Virus record (IMG/VR): IMGVR_UViG_3300046168_000050
DNA from: a virus
Length of the DNA stretch: 64,000 bases
Reading direction: 5' to 3' (one strand)
The notes beneath the pieces were generated by a model. The model was not told the DNA's origin and did not search any database. It worked only from the letters and a program-made list of their open reading frames with translations. The position numbers and the translations under genes were made by a program. How positions within the stretch are numbered: position 1 is the first letter of the stretch; each line of letters starts with the position of its first letter. Below, in pieces: positions 37,560 through 46,055 of this stretch.

Positions 37560-37590
37560 ATACTAACATATTACAAGCGGTTTGTACACA
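37560..37590 (-). promoter_or_regulatory. early promoter
   Basis: GTGTACA, 17 nt, TAGTAT; same family as the other early promoters. Confidence 0.7.
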
Positions 37591-37607
37591 GTTAATTTAG
37601 CATTTAG

Positions 37608-37769
37608 CTAACTTTTTTTAGTTAATTTCCATCCGCCTATTTCAGTTTCTTCCCAGATAATTGTATCGCCCACAGATAAATCTAATTTATCCATAATTTC
37701 ATCTGGGATCTCAAACCCTAGTTCGCCGTCACCAGTATCTACAATAGGCACATTCCAAATTTTATTCAT
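37608..37769 (-). CDS. AbrB/MazE-like small DNA-binding protein (not in ORF track)
   Basis: GELGFEIPDEIMDKLDLSVGDTIIW. Confidence 0.65.
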   Translation of the reverse strand: MNKIWNVPIVDTGDGELGFEIPDEIMDKLDLSVGDTIIWEETEIGGWKLTKKS

Positions 37770-37842
37770 TATATTTCCTTTTTTTCATTTTGTTAGCACT
37801 AACATTTTATACATAGGTTTATTCAACATAGGAGTCTGCTAC

Positions 37843-38061
37843 ATGTGTTCACCTTTCGTGCGAAAAGAAGCTAATCGTTTAAACTGGCTAATAAAAGGTC
37901 ATCTTATTAATATAAATGAAAGTGATAAGACAGTCGAAAGGATTTATAATAGCTACATAGAAAGATTATGGAACAACACCGAAAGAAACGAGTACGGACT
38001 AATTGGATTTGAGGCAGCCTATAAAAGGCGAGAAGCTGAAATTTATTCTTCTATGACATAG
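37843..38061 (+). CDS. hypothetical protein
   Basis: AGGAG RBS; plausible protein composition. Confidence 0.6.
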   Translation: MCSPFVRKEANRLNWLIKGHLININESDKTVERIYNSYIERLWNNTERNEYGLIGFEAAYKRREAEIYSSMT

Positions 38062-38300
38062 GTGGTATCAGTACCGCTTTGAGTAATTACTGAGCTAAAT
38101 TCAGCCGCTGCCCATGTCATAACTAAAATACCTACAAGCCCGATAGCTACCCATTTCATTTTCATATCATCGACAATCATTTTGATGCCAATCATTTCAT
38201 TTCCTAAAACACGAAATTGCAATTCCATTTTACCTTCTGGCGTATCTTCGTCTCTAATTGCATGAGGTGCTTTAACTTTAACTTTTTCTTCTTCGGCCAT
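38043..38300 (-). CDS. small membrane protein
   Basis: AGGAG RBS; single TM. Confidence 0.6.
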   Translation of the reverse strand: MAEEEKVKVKAPHAIRDEDTPEGKMELQFRVLGNEMIGIKMIVDDMKMKWVAIGLVGILVMTWAAAEFSSVITQSGTDTTYVIEE

Positions 38301-38309
38301 TGTTGTCTC

Positions 38310-38864
38310 CTAGTTGTTTAAAGGATTATCGAGAGCTTCTTGTAACGTCTCTCTTATGTCGTCGTCTAGTTTATCCATTTTAGCGTCAAGGTCTTTGATC
38401 GTCTCTTTCATTACATTACGAACATCTTTCTCAGATGCTCTTACAGTGGCTTCAACTTCTCGAATAGAAGAGGTTACATCTTTACTTTGTTCATTTAAAT
38501 CTTTACGCACTCCGGCAAGCGTTGATTCGATAGATGCCTGAGTATCTTTCATTCTATTCTCAGCATCATCAACCTTATCTTCCATTCTTTCAATATTTTC
38601 TTCGAGCTTAAAGATATCATCTTTTAATCCCGATTTAATATCTCTTGTATATTCAATAGCTTCATCTAGCTTAGTCTCAATCACATCATTACGGGCAGCG
38701 ATTGCATCAGTATCGATGTTCTGAATAATCTCTTTCATATCCATATAGTCTTTATAGATTTCAAACCCACCCCAAGCTGCGCCGCCTAATGTCGACAGTG
38801 CAGTAAGAAGCGCGACCATCTTACCGCCAGAAAATTTTAATCCACCAAATTCTACTTCAGCCAT
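38310..38864 (-). CDS. membrane-anchored coiled-coil protein
   Basis: MAEVEFGG.KF.GGKM, one TM, long coiled coil ending AL.NPL. Confidence 0.75.
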   Translation of the reverse strand: MAEVEFGGLKFSGGKMVALLTALSTLGGAAWGGFEIYKDYMDMKEIIQNIDTDAIAARNDVIETKLDEAIEYTRDIKSGLKDDIFKLEENIERMEDKVDDAENRMKDTQASIESTLAGVRKDLNEQSKDVTSSIREVEATVRASEKDVRNVMKETIKDLDAKMDKLDDDIRETLQEALDNPLNN

Positions 38865-38866
38865 TT

Positions 38867-39271
38867 TTAATCCTCAAACTGTAATTCCCTAAGCTGCTGC
38901 AATTCTTTTTCTAGCTTGCGAACTTCTAGTTGCTTCTTTCTTAATTCTAACTCGTATAATCTATTACAATCAATGCGTGATTTGACTCTTTTGCCTAGCG
39001 GAATAGTTATTCTTGCATAAACACCTACATCTGTTTCTGTATCAGTATTATAGTCATAAACCGGATCGTACTCACCCTTGTCTATTAATCCTGTTACACC
39101 AAACTCTAAATTAGTAGCAGAGCCAATGGCATTAGAACAATCTAAATCGCCTGTACGAAACTTATCAGACTGGTAATTACCAGGAACACTAGGCAAGGCA
39201 AGATTTAATGAAGTAGACTCAGCAAAAGCCGTGCCACATATTACCGTTAACATTAGTGGTAGAAATCTCAT
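38867..39271 (-). CDS. exported protein (Cys pair, C-terminal coiled coil)
   Basis: Signal peptide (AFA); GVYARITIPL; C..LY.LEL. Confidence 0.75.
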   Translation of the reverse strand: MRFLPLMLTVICGTAFAESTSLNLALPSVPGNYQSDKFRTGDLDCSNAIGSATNLEFGVTGLIDKGEYDPVYDYNTDTETDVGVYARITIPLGKRVKSRIDCNRLYELELRKKQLEVRKLEKELQQLRELQFED

Positions 39272-39279
39272 AGTTCATC

Positions 39280-39672
39280 TCACTTTACCTTCGAACAGAT
39301 CCTTGATTTAATACCTGTTGACTGTACATCTTGTTTTAATTGTTTAGATGTGGTACATATATATTTTATTCTATTCAAATCACTATCTCTGACGTAAAGA
39401 TCGAATGTTGTTCTACCCAAGTATGCTATTTGTAATATTTTATTTTCAGACGCAAAAGCTACTGGTTTCCATTCTTCATCAAATACTCCGATTTCATAAT
39501 ATAATACATCCTCTCTTCTATTCCACATCTTCATTTGAGTCACAGAGACGTCTTCTATATACGAAGGTCTCATCTTTGGATAAGTTGGCGTTAATTCGTG
39601 AGCAGTAGCATTTGTATAAATCAATGCTACTGCAATTGCATAATATATATATTTCATTATTTTGCGACACAC
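39280..39672 (-). CDS. exported protein, pilus-chaperone-like beta sandwich
   Basis: Signal peptide ATA/HELTPTY; beta-rich; ICT..K...ICS. Confidence 0.55.
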   Translation of the reverse strand: MCRKIMKYIYYAIAVALIYTNATAHELTPTYPKMRPSYIEDVSVTQMKMWNRREDVLYYEIGVFDEEWKPVAFASENKILQIAYLGRTTFDLYVRDSDLNRIKYICTTSKQLKQDVQSTGIKSRICSKVK

Positions 39673-40157
39673 TCCGCTACAACACTAGCTTTGTACTCAC
39701 CGCCAGGCAGTGCTTTAGCTGACCCATACTTAGCTTCTGACTCAATTTTAAACCAGGTTGATCCTGCAAGTGTTAAACCAAATTCTGTATGGTTTTCATA
39801 CTCAACCTTAGCCGCTTCGTAAGCTGACATTCCTGATACAGAATGGCTAGCCACTGTTGTCTCCCCATCCCAATTTACTGCATCCGAAAGACTAGGTGAT
39901 GACGTAAATGAATTCGGCCATGAAATCTTTGCTTTGTATTTGTCTGCGACCGTAACATCATAGCGGACGATAGGATCCACGCCACCATCAGCCGCCTTTG
40001 TACTTAATTCGTCTGGTGTAGGGTTACCATAAACACCTGGCGTATCCGTAAAAATTGAACACTTGGATGATATATTACCGGTAATAGGTGTCTCATTGGC
40101 AAAGGCCGCTGTCGACATCAAACCTATAGCACCCAAGGTAAAGATTGATTTGAACAT
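39657..40157 (-). CDS. exported fimbrial/pilin-like protein
   Basis: Signal peptide AFA; ITG.I.SKC near the N-terminus; C-terminal LPGG.Y.A.V...C strand as in chaperone-usher pilins. Confidence 0.55.
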   Translation of the reverse strand: MFKSIFTLGAIGLMSTAAFANETPITGNISSKCSIFTDTPGVYGNPTPDELSTKAADGGVDPIVRYDVTVADKYKAKISWPNSFTSSPSLSDAVNWDGETTVASHSVSGMSAYEAAKVEYENHTEFGLTLAGSTWFKIESEAKYGSAKALPGGEYKASVVAECVAK

Positions 40158-40166
40158 TAACTTCTC

Positions 40167-41075
40167 CTACTGTTCTCTGTCGTATTGCGAGCGTACCATT
40201 TTTCTATGGTTAGCGTCAGATGCTAGATTTCTCATCGCTCTAGGGTTATCAGGTAAAGTTGTATCTTCAAGTTTTAATGCATCTTTATATTCACCACCTG
40301 GTATATCTATTATATAATAATTCTCTATTTTCGGTGTTTGTGCTAGTGCAGCTAGCATTCTTGTCTGCGCTTCTACATCAACAAGATCACCTATACTATT
40401 TTCTCCTCCAAGATCTTTCTCAAAATTTGAAAGATTCTCTTCTGGCTCTTCTGCTTGTTCTTCCTGCTCAGCCTGCTCAGCCTCATCGTTAATAGATAAG
40501 TTCGCCTGAATCCATTCATCATAAAATGGATCGCCTGGTAAAAGATCACTAAGACTTGCAAGATACTTTGCCAGTGCTTCTTTAAACCCCGGACAAGAAG
40601 GGTCAGCGAGAGGAGATGCCGCGCATAGCATTAGCTGCTCATCAATATCCATCTTGTAATTATATGTAACCGACTGATTAACTACTTGGCCATCGCCTTC
40701 TACGTCAATTGATCCATTTCCCCATTTAGTAGAATCAGTGTACGGAAATCTAAAAAACTTTGTTATATTTCCACCAGGAATTCCAGACCAATCATCTTTC
40801 TCTTCAAATACATATCCCCCATCAGGATTAACGTTTCTTACATAGACCACTGCATCCGTTTCAAGATCTTTAATCATGGTATATCTATAGTTTAGACCGT
40901 TTACCTGTACTGTAATATATGAAGAAGTAGCGTCTGGTAGCACGGGTCCCATGCTCCAGGTCAATCCAGCTATAGCCGCATTCGGTGTCACTCCATAGGT
41001 AGTATCAGAGTAACAGCAAGAGGAGAAGGCCACCGACAGCAGCGCCGCCAATGGTAGTTGATTTCTCATCGTCAT
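40167..41075 (-). CDS. exported protein with beta-rich N-domain and acidic linker
   Basis: Signal peptide; C...PL.DPSCPG; EQAEQEEQAEE linker. Confidence 0.7.
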   Translation of the reverse strand: MTMRNQLPLAALLSVAFSSCCYSDTTYGVTPNAAIAGLTWSMGPVLPDATSSYITVQVNGLNYRYTMIKDLETDAVVYVRNVNPDGGYVFEEKDDWSGIPGGNITKFFRFPYTDSTKWGNGSIDVEGDGQVVNQSVTYNYKMDIDEQLMLCAASPLADPSCPGFKEALAKYLASLSDLLPGDPFYDEWIQANLSINDEAEQAEQEEQAEEPEENLSNFEKDLGGENSIGDLVDVEAQTRMLAALAQTPKIENYYIIDIPGGEYKDALKLEDTTLPDNPRAMRNLASDANHRKMVRSQYDREQ

Positions 41076-41610
41076 CCATATCCTTTAGTGGGTTGAAAGA
41101 TCCAGTATCTTCATCTGGCTGTTTCTCTTCATTTGCCAACCATGCGGCTTTTGCCTCAGGGCCAATCATTCCATCATAAGGACAGGGTGTGCCGGCATCC
41201 ATCATTGCGTCAAATACTCTTTCGTCTTGACACATGACTGATACTGCAGCCACTTTCATTCCCATATCGTAGAGAACTTTTGCGTTCTTTAATTTTTCAC
41301 AATTCATATCACGAACCGTTTTACCAGCTGACATGCCAAGAATTTGAGTTTGAACTGCGCCAGATACTCCTACTGTACATAAATCTGAGTTAGAAGAATT
41401 TATTGATGGCGCAATTGCAGAAGGGGGCGGTGATTCTACTTTTGTGGTAGAATTAGATTGACTAGATACTGTGCTATCGGTTTCATTTTTTGTGCACACA
41501 TATCCATCAGGACAGTCAGCATCTTCAGAAAAAGACATAGTGCCAATAAATATGACAACTATTGCCGCTACAAGCAGTTCCACTATTTTTTTGTACATAC
41601 TATACCCCAT
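41005..41610 (-). CDS. Cys-rich exported/membrane protein
   Basis: Signal/TM; PPPSAIAP, CT.G.SGAVQ, D.NC..LK, AAVS.MCQD, AGTPCP; C-terminal hydrophobic tail. Confidence 0.75.
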   Translation of the reverse strand: MGYSMYKKIVELLVAAIVVIFIGTMSFSEDADCPDGYVCTKNETDSTVSSQSNSTTKVESPPPSAIAPSINSSNSDLCTVGVSGAVQTQILGMSAGKTVRDMNCEKLKNAKVLYDMGMKVAAVSVMCQDERVFDAMMDAGTPCPYDGMIGPEAKAAWLANEEKQPDEDTGSFNPLKDMDDDEKSTTIGGAAVGGLLLLLLL

Positions 41611-41625
41611 AATGTGAATCAGCTG

Positions 41626-41633
41626 TATTTATA
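41626..41633 (-). promoter_or_regulatory. T4-type late promoter TATAAATA
   Basis: Exact consensus heading the exported-protein operon. Confidence 0.75.
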
Positions 41634-41637
41634 ATAA

Positions 41638-41811
41638 TTAAGTTTTTACGCAAATTGCTTGTTGACCGTTAAGAAAATGACCAGACACACCGCTTAATTC
41701 AGCCCCAAGATTTTCTCTGGCTTTAAAACATTCTACCATGTCTTTATGTACACTGTGCTTTTCTACATAAGGATGTGTGTCATACATATAAACAAACAAT
41801 AATATCCACAT
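41638..41811 (-). CDS. small protein (not in ORF track)
   Basis: MWILLFV...CFKARE...QAICVKT; TAATG coupling to the upstream gene. Confidence 0.6.
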   Translation of the reverse strand: MWILLFVYMYDTHPYVEKHSVHKDMVECFKARENLGAELSGVSGHFLNGQQAICVKT

Positions 41812-42158
41812 TACAAGTCTTCTTTCTTTTCATCCCATGGTTGACGGCCCGCATAAGGTACCCACTCAGCACCAGCAATAATCAGGCATGACATTGGAGG
41901 TTTGTCTTCATTTGGAAAAGATAAAACAAAGGCTAGCGTGCCAGTGTCTTGGTTTAAAAATATTTGAGCGGCTGACGTAAAGGTTCTTCCATCTTTAGAA
42001 GCAATCGTTCCGGTACCTTGGAGAAGTAATGCATTCTTATATTGCAGCATTATTCTCATTACTTCAGGAGCCGGATCGCACGGTACATTTATCTGTAACA
42101 TGTCTGCATGCGCAGATGTACTAGTAACTAGCCCTAAGGCTAATAATAATTTTTTCAT
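41811..42158 (-). CDS. exported protein
   Basis: Signal peptide AHA; Cys pair. Confidence 0.7.
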   Translation of the reverse strand: MKKLLLALGLVTSTSAHADMLQINVPCDPAPEVMRIMLQYKNALLLQGTGTIASKDGRTFTSAAQIFLNQDTGTLAFVLSFPNEDKPPMSCLIIAGAEWVPYAGRQPWDEKKEDL

Positions 42159-42176
42159 AGTATATCCCTTCTTAAT

Positions 42177-42204
42177 AAAAAAAGGGGGCTAACCATGGCC
42201 CCCT
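42177..42204 (-). terminator. Rho-independent terminator
   Basis: GGGGGCC...AGCCCCC followed by a long T-run. Confidence 0.7.
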
Positions 42205-42240
42205 GCGCACTTATTAAGTAGTGACCCTTGTAGGTATTTA

Positions 42241-42633
42241 TCAGAAGTTAAAAGTAGCACCTACTTTTGAGCTTATTGCGTCTTCTGCATCGATATCCCA
42301 GGTTGTTTCACCAAACAACTCAAGCCCGCCAAACAACTCATATGTTGCACCAAGATTGATCTTTGGATTATCAAATGCTTTATCTAATTTAAACTCTTCG
42401 TTGTTATATACCGGCAAATCCATGTCTGCAGTGAGACCTACACCAAACATTGTGTATCCGACTTCAGGCGTTACCTTTACGCCAAAATCTTCTACGTCGG
42501 CGCCGGTCGCGTCATTGATTGTGTACGCTGCTTCTGTTTCTACACCCCAAGTAATACCCGTTGCTCCAATCTCGTTTGCTGAGACTGATGTTGCCGTTAC
42601 AAGAGCGGCCGCTGCGATTGCTGCAAATTTCAT
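42241..42633 (-). CDS. outer-membrane beta-barrel (porin-like) protein
   Basis: Signal peptide MKFAAIAAAALVTATSVSA; alternating beta pattern; C-terminal GATFNF (BAM signal). Confidence 0.75.
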   Translation of the reverse strand: MKFAAIAAAALVTATSVSANEIGATGITWGVETEAAYTINDATGADVEDFGVKVTPEVGYTMFGVGLTADMDLPVYNNEEFKLDKAFDNPKINLGATYELFGGLELFGETTWDIDAEDAISSKVGATFNF

Positions 42634-42664
42634 TTTTTTTAGTTCCCTTTTAAAATTATCATGA

Positions 42665-42886
42665 TAAGCTGCCACGTTTTCTGTTGCTAGGTAAGTGGCC
42701 AACCCCCTGTGTTATGCAGCTAGTGCGTAACCAGATGGTGCAAAATTATCGTTTGCATTTGTGTTTTGTAAACTAGAATACATGTCGATCCTAAATTTCT
42801 GCCCCATCAGAAATACATCTTATGTACTTGTGGTGGAGCAGCGCGGTACTGCCCCGCGGTCCATACATCCGTTATTAACGCTTACA
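42665..42886 (-). ncRNA. ssrA: permuted two-piece tmRNA (alphaproteobacterial type)
   Basis: Acceptor piece ...GGGGCAGTACCGCGCTGCTCCACCA (ends 42831) precedes a coding piece starting GGGGCAG (42805). G3.U70 pair present. Tag ANDNFAPSGYALAA* at 42756-42712. Outer ends are approximate. Confidence 0.93.
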
Positions 42887-42990
42887 ACTTATATATTAAC
42901 ATGTGTTTTAAATACTGTACATGCTCCATCACAATCTTTCTTGAGTGTGATATAATTAGCACATAGCCATCCGGATCGTATGCAATCCAT

Positions 42991-43269
42991 TTATATTTCT
43001 TCTTCGCTATCGTGAATGTAGAGTTGGATGAGGGCATAGTGGAGAACTTTCATTAAATCCTTTCGAGCATCAGCCCGAGTGCCTTTTTTACCATAACGAT
43101 TCGAATACTTATCAACATTTCCCATACAAAAGCCTGTACCATGGCCTCTTGCAATAATTACTTCTGTTGATTGGAACTTATTAGTTGCATAATGCCCATC
43201 ATATGTAGCATCAATATAATTTTTAAATTCTGCTATCAATTCACCTTCATTAAATTTATAATTAATCAT
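42991..43269 (-). CDS. DUF3310-like phage protein
   Basis: YI..TY..HY; GFC.GN..KY..RYGKK; DL.K..HY. Confidence 0.75.
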   Translation of the reverse strand: MINYKFNEGELIAEFKNYIDATYDGHYATNKFQSTEVIIARGHGTGFCMGNVDKYSNRYGKKGTRADARKDLMKVLHYALIQLYIHDSEEEI

Positions 43270-43752
43270 TTATTCGTCCCAAACTCCATCCCATGTATAA
43301 AATACGTGTTTATCAATTACCTTGCTTACTTCCATCTGATCAGCCCAAGACGGATTTACATACGTTGCGTGATAAAAAGTAGCACCTTCAGAAGGATCAT
43401 CTACGTTTCCTATCATCACGTCGCGCGCAATGACTTTAGCCTGACCCCATGCTTTTTTTTCAGAAGGAGTTTGATCTTTAATCATAAACGTCCAGCTAAA
43501 TTGCTTAGGCTGATATACGACGTCACAAATATTATTCGGCCATTGTGCGTGTTCCACGCGATTTAGTGTAACATGCGCAACTGCGATCTGGCCTTCTACG
43601 ACTTCACCCCGAGCCTCGTGATAAATGTTCATAGCCAAGCATTCATGGCTTTTAGCATCTATCTCGGGGTGCATCATAGTCAGAGTTACTGCTACTGCTG
43701 CTAGTCCTGACATGGTTAATAATCCACTTGCTATATTGACTGCTCTTGACAT
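43270..43752 (-). CDS. cell wall hydrolase (SleB/Hydrolase_2), endolysin candidate
   Basis: CLAMNIYHEARGE, AVA.V.LNRV, C.VVYQ..QFSW, GAT.YH..YV.P.W; N-terminal TM. Confidence 0.92.
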   Translation of the reverse strand: MSRAVNIASGLLTMSGLAAVAVTLTMMHPEIDAKSHECLAMNIYHEARGEVVEGQIAVAHVTLNRVEHAQWPNNICDVVYQPKQFSWTFMIKDQTPSEKKAWGQAKVIARDVMIGNVDDPSEGATFYHATYVNPSWADQMEVSKVIDKHVFYTWDGVWDE

Positions 43753-43756
43753 TGGA

Positions 43757-43764
43757 TATTTATA
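43757..43764 (-). promoter_or_regulatory. T4-type late promoter TATAAATA
   Basis: Exact consensus immediately before the hydrolase. Confidence 0.65.
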
Positions 43765-43790
43765 AACCTAATACTCTATATGATTTACCT

Positions 43791-44021
43791 TTATGCAGCA
43801 TTAGCGGATTCCTCCATTTTAATTTCAGTCATCCAAATATCATGTTCAACTTCCATATCAGCTTCTATACGCTCAATATTTTGCTGAAGATCATCTACAA
43901 TGTCAAGCAGTTCAATTAAAACAGTGGCACGGCTATGACCAAAATTATGAGAACGACGAACGATGCTCATCAATTTCTTTCTCATCATTATTGCATCTTG
44001 AATATCATTTACCATAATCAT
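43791..44021 (-). CDS. hypothetical protein
   Basis: Coupled ORF. Confidence 0.6.
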   Translation of the reverse strand: MIMVNDIQDAIMMRKKLMSIVRRSHNFGHSRATVLIELLDIVDDLQQNIERIEADMEVEHDIWMTEIKMEESANAA

Positions 44022-44422
44022 TACGCTACTTCCTCCATTTTGTAAATTAAATTAGCTGCTGACATTTCAGGCTTAAATCCGATTGCAACAAAACCATAGT
44101 TAGCTACAACCATTACATTACCTTCTACATCAACGATGATATCACCGACTGAAAGTGAAGACATACGTGAGAAACGTGTAATCGCTGACTCAGGGCCAAT
44201 GTTCCCGATTTCAAAGCAATGCTCAGGAGTTTCAGCACGAATATCAGAAACATGAGTATAAAGGCCATCTGTGAGAGCTTGATCAGCAATACCAGAAATG
44301 TTATTACCGCTGAAATCAAAGTTCATCTCAGTTTTAGCTTCGCGCTTAGCATTAGTTTCGCCAGCGTTGATAGCTTCGATATCTGTGTCAGAGTATTGAA
44401 TTTGCCAAACTGTAAAAATCAT
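44021..44422 (-). CDS. YodL-like early protein
   Basis: F...N...SLSVGDII motif. Confidence 0.65.
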   Translation of the reverse strand: MIFTVWQIQYSDTDIEAINAGETNAKREAKTEMNFDFSGNNISGIADQALTDGLYTHVSDIRAETPEHCFEIGNIGPESAITRFSRMSSLSVGDIIVDVEGNVMVVANYGFVAIGFKPEMSAANLIYKMEEVA

Positions 44423-44447
44423 GTCATTATCTCCTTATGATATAACC

Positions 44448-44528
44448 ATACTACACTGTTCCAAATCGTTTGTACACAGTTAATTGCGGCCCAACCGCAT
44501 TTTGTTTTTATTTAAAAACAATAACTTA
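44448..44528 (-). promoter_or_regulatory. early promoter with stem-loop and IHF-like box
   Basis: TGTACA (44471-44476), 17 nt, TAGTAT; AAACAATAACTTA at 44516-44528. Near-identical to the 10878-10925 copy. Confidence 0.75.
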
Positions 44529-44534
44529 TAAATA
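44527..44534 (+). promoter_or_regulatory. T4-type late promoter TATAAATA
   Basis: Exact consensus upstream of the plus-strand ORF at 44556. Confidence 0.7.
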
Positions 44535-44555
44535 TCGTTAATATGGAGGAATGAA

Positions 44556-45038
44556 ATGATAGATCCGATCACGGCAATTAGTGCTGCGACGGCTGCTTTC
44601 AATGGTGTGAAGAAACTCGTGGCTGCTGGCCGGGATATAGAAGATGTTGTTGGTCAATTAGGAAAGTGGTATGGCGCCGCAGCAGATTTAAGTAGAGCTG
44701 AACAGCAGAGGAAAAATCCTCCAATGTTTAGCAGATTATTCATGAGTGGTTCAGTCGAAGAAGAGGCGCTGGCCATTATAGTTCAAAAAAAGAAATTAGA
44801 AGAGCAAGAGAAAACTTTACAAGAGTTATTAAACCATAGATTTGGTTATGGCACTTGGAAAGAAATGGTAGAATTACGTCGAAAGATTAGAAAAGAGCGT
44901 GAAGAAACCGTATATAAACAGCAAGAAAAACGTCAGGCATTTCAAGAAGGATTACTCTTAATTTTTTTAGTCGCCGCCGGCTTTGCTATTGTAGGCGGTA
45001 CTACTTTTATGGTAGGTTTGGGAGCCGGATGGTGGTAG
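44556..45038 (+). CDS. late membrane protein
   Basis: GGAGG RBS; MIDPITAI.AA..AF; C-terminal TM. Confidence 0.75.
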   Translation: MIDPITAISAATAAFNGVKKLVAAGRDIEDVVGQLGKWYGAAADLSRAEQQRKNPPMFSRLFMSGSVEEEALAIIVQKKKLEEQEKTLQELLNHRFGYGTWKEMVELRRKIRKEREETVYKQQEKRQAFQEGLLLIFLVAAGFAIVGGTTFMVGLGAGWW

Positions 45039-46055
45039 CTACATCATAAAGGCTTCTAACGATTGTTGTGCTACTGGAGGATTTCCTTGCCTTTGTTCCC
45101 AGCCAGATTCCCACCCGGATGCATTAGCTAGTGTTGAAGGAATATGATCAAACGTGCCGTTGCCACGTGGGACATAGTTTTGCCCAAATCTGACAAAGTC
45201 ACACATCACATCTTCTAAATCTTTTGGTTTGCCGCCAGTTCTTTCACGAAGTAAATCCATAAAGTTATCAGCTTTCCAACCACCAGATAGTTTTTTCATG
45301 CAGCGTACTGCATTATTTCCTAAATATGTGTGTGAATCAACGTCACCATGTTCAGGGAAATAGTCAGAACAATCCATAGAAAAGGCCGCATATTGAAAGT
45401 TAAATTTTCTATGGCCGTTCGCTGCATTATGTGTATTAAGAAAGTCAACTATTTCTTTATGTCCACGCTTTTCTTTTAAGAAGAAATCAGTAAATCTGTT
45501 CATAAGATCAGGTAATTCTTTTACCATAAAGTCTACATTAGACGTTCCTTTTTTTGGTGCAGGAGGCTGATTACCTATTGATGTAAACAGCGGTTTACCT
45601 GATGCCTTTGTTTGCACTAGGTCTTCTGACATATCTTGAACATCACGGTGTTTTCCCCAATGCTGTACTATATTATTACGATAACCATGATCGTTTTCAA
45701 ATGATGCACCAGACCCTGTAATTCTGTGACACATAAAAACATATAACCACGTTTTAATATCCCACTGAATATTATCATTCGCTGCTGATATTTTTCTTCT
45801 ATCCTTTTTCTGCCAGCGCCACTTCGGAGTCTTAGAACCAAATCTTAAGTCCTGTAGTACATTTGAAAAGCCAGCAGCATTTCGTGTTTTACAGTCGTAG
45901 ATATCAATCTTCTGCATCAGAGGATCGTTAACAATTTTATTTGCCTCTGGACCTTCATAATCAAGCTCTCCCCAGTTTACATTATCTTGAAGCCAGCCAG
46001 CTTTTGGATAATAATAATTGACAAGAACATCGATTGCTTCTTCATTAAGCCACAT
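45039..46055 (-). CDS. putative amino-acid:DNA transferase (aGPT-PPlase-like, DNA-glycosylase fold)
   Basis: DPLM...IYD...R, HR.TGS, FQ....MD, G.NA..C, LED..CD motifs reminiscent of the family; sits in a DNA modification cluster. Confidence 0.55.
   Translation of the reverse strand: MWLNEEAIDVLVNYYYPKAGWLQDNVNWGELDYEGPEANKIVNDPLMQKIDIYDCKTRNAAGFSNVLQDLRFGSKTPKWRWQKKDRRKISAANDNIQWDIKTWLYVFMCHRITGSGASFENDHGYRNNIVQHWGKHRDVQDMSEDLVQTKASGKPLFTSIGNQPPAPKKGTSNVDFMVKELPDLMNRFTDFFLKEKRGHKEIVDFLNTHNAANGHRKFNFQYAAFSMDCSDYFPEHGDVDSHTYLGNNAVRCMKKLSGGWKADNFMDLLRERTGGKPKDLEDVMCDFVRFGQNYVPRGNGTFDHIPSTLANASGWESGWEQRQGNPPVAQQSLEAFMM

Noticed and set aside
42634-42702. N-terminal extension of the porin-like ORF given in the track
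   Set aside because: It overlaps the tmRNA 3' hairpin; the signal peptide and RBS place the start at 42633.
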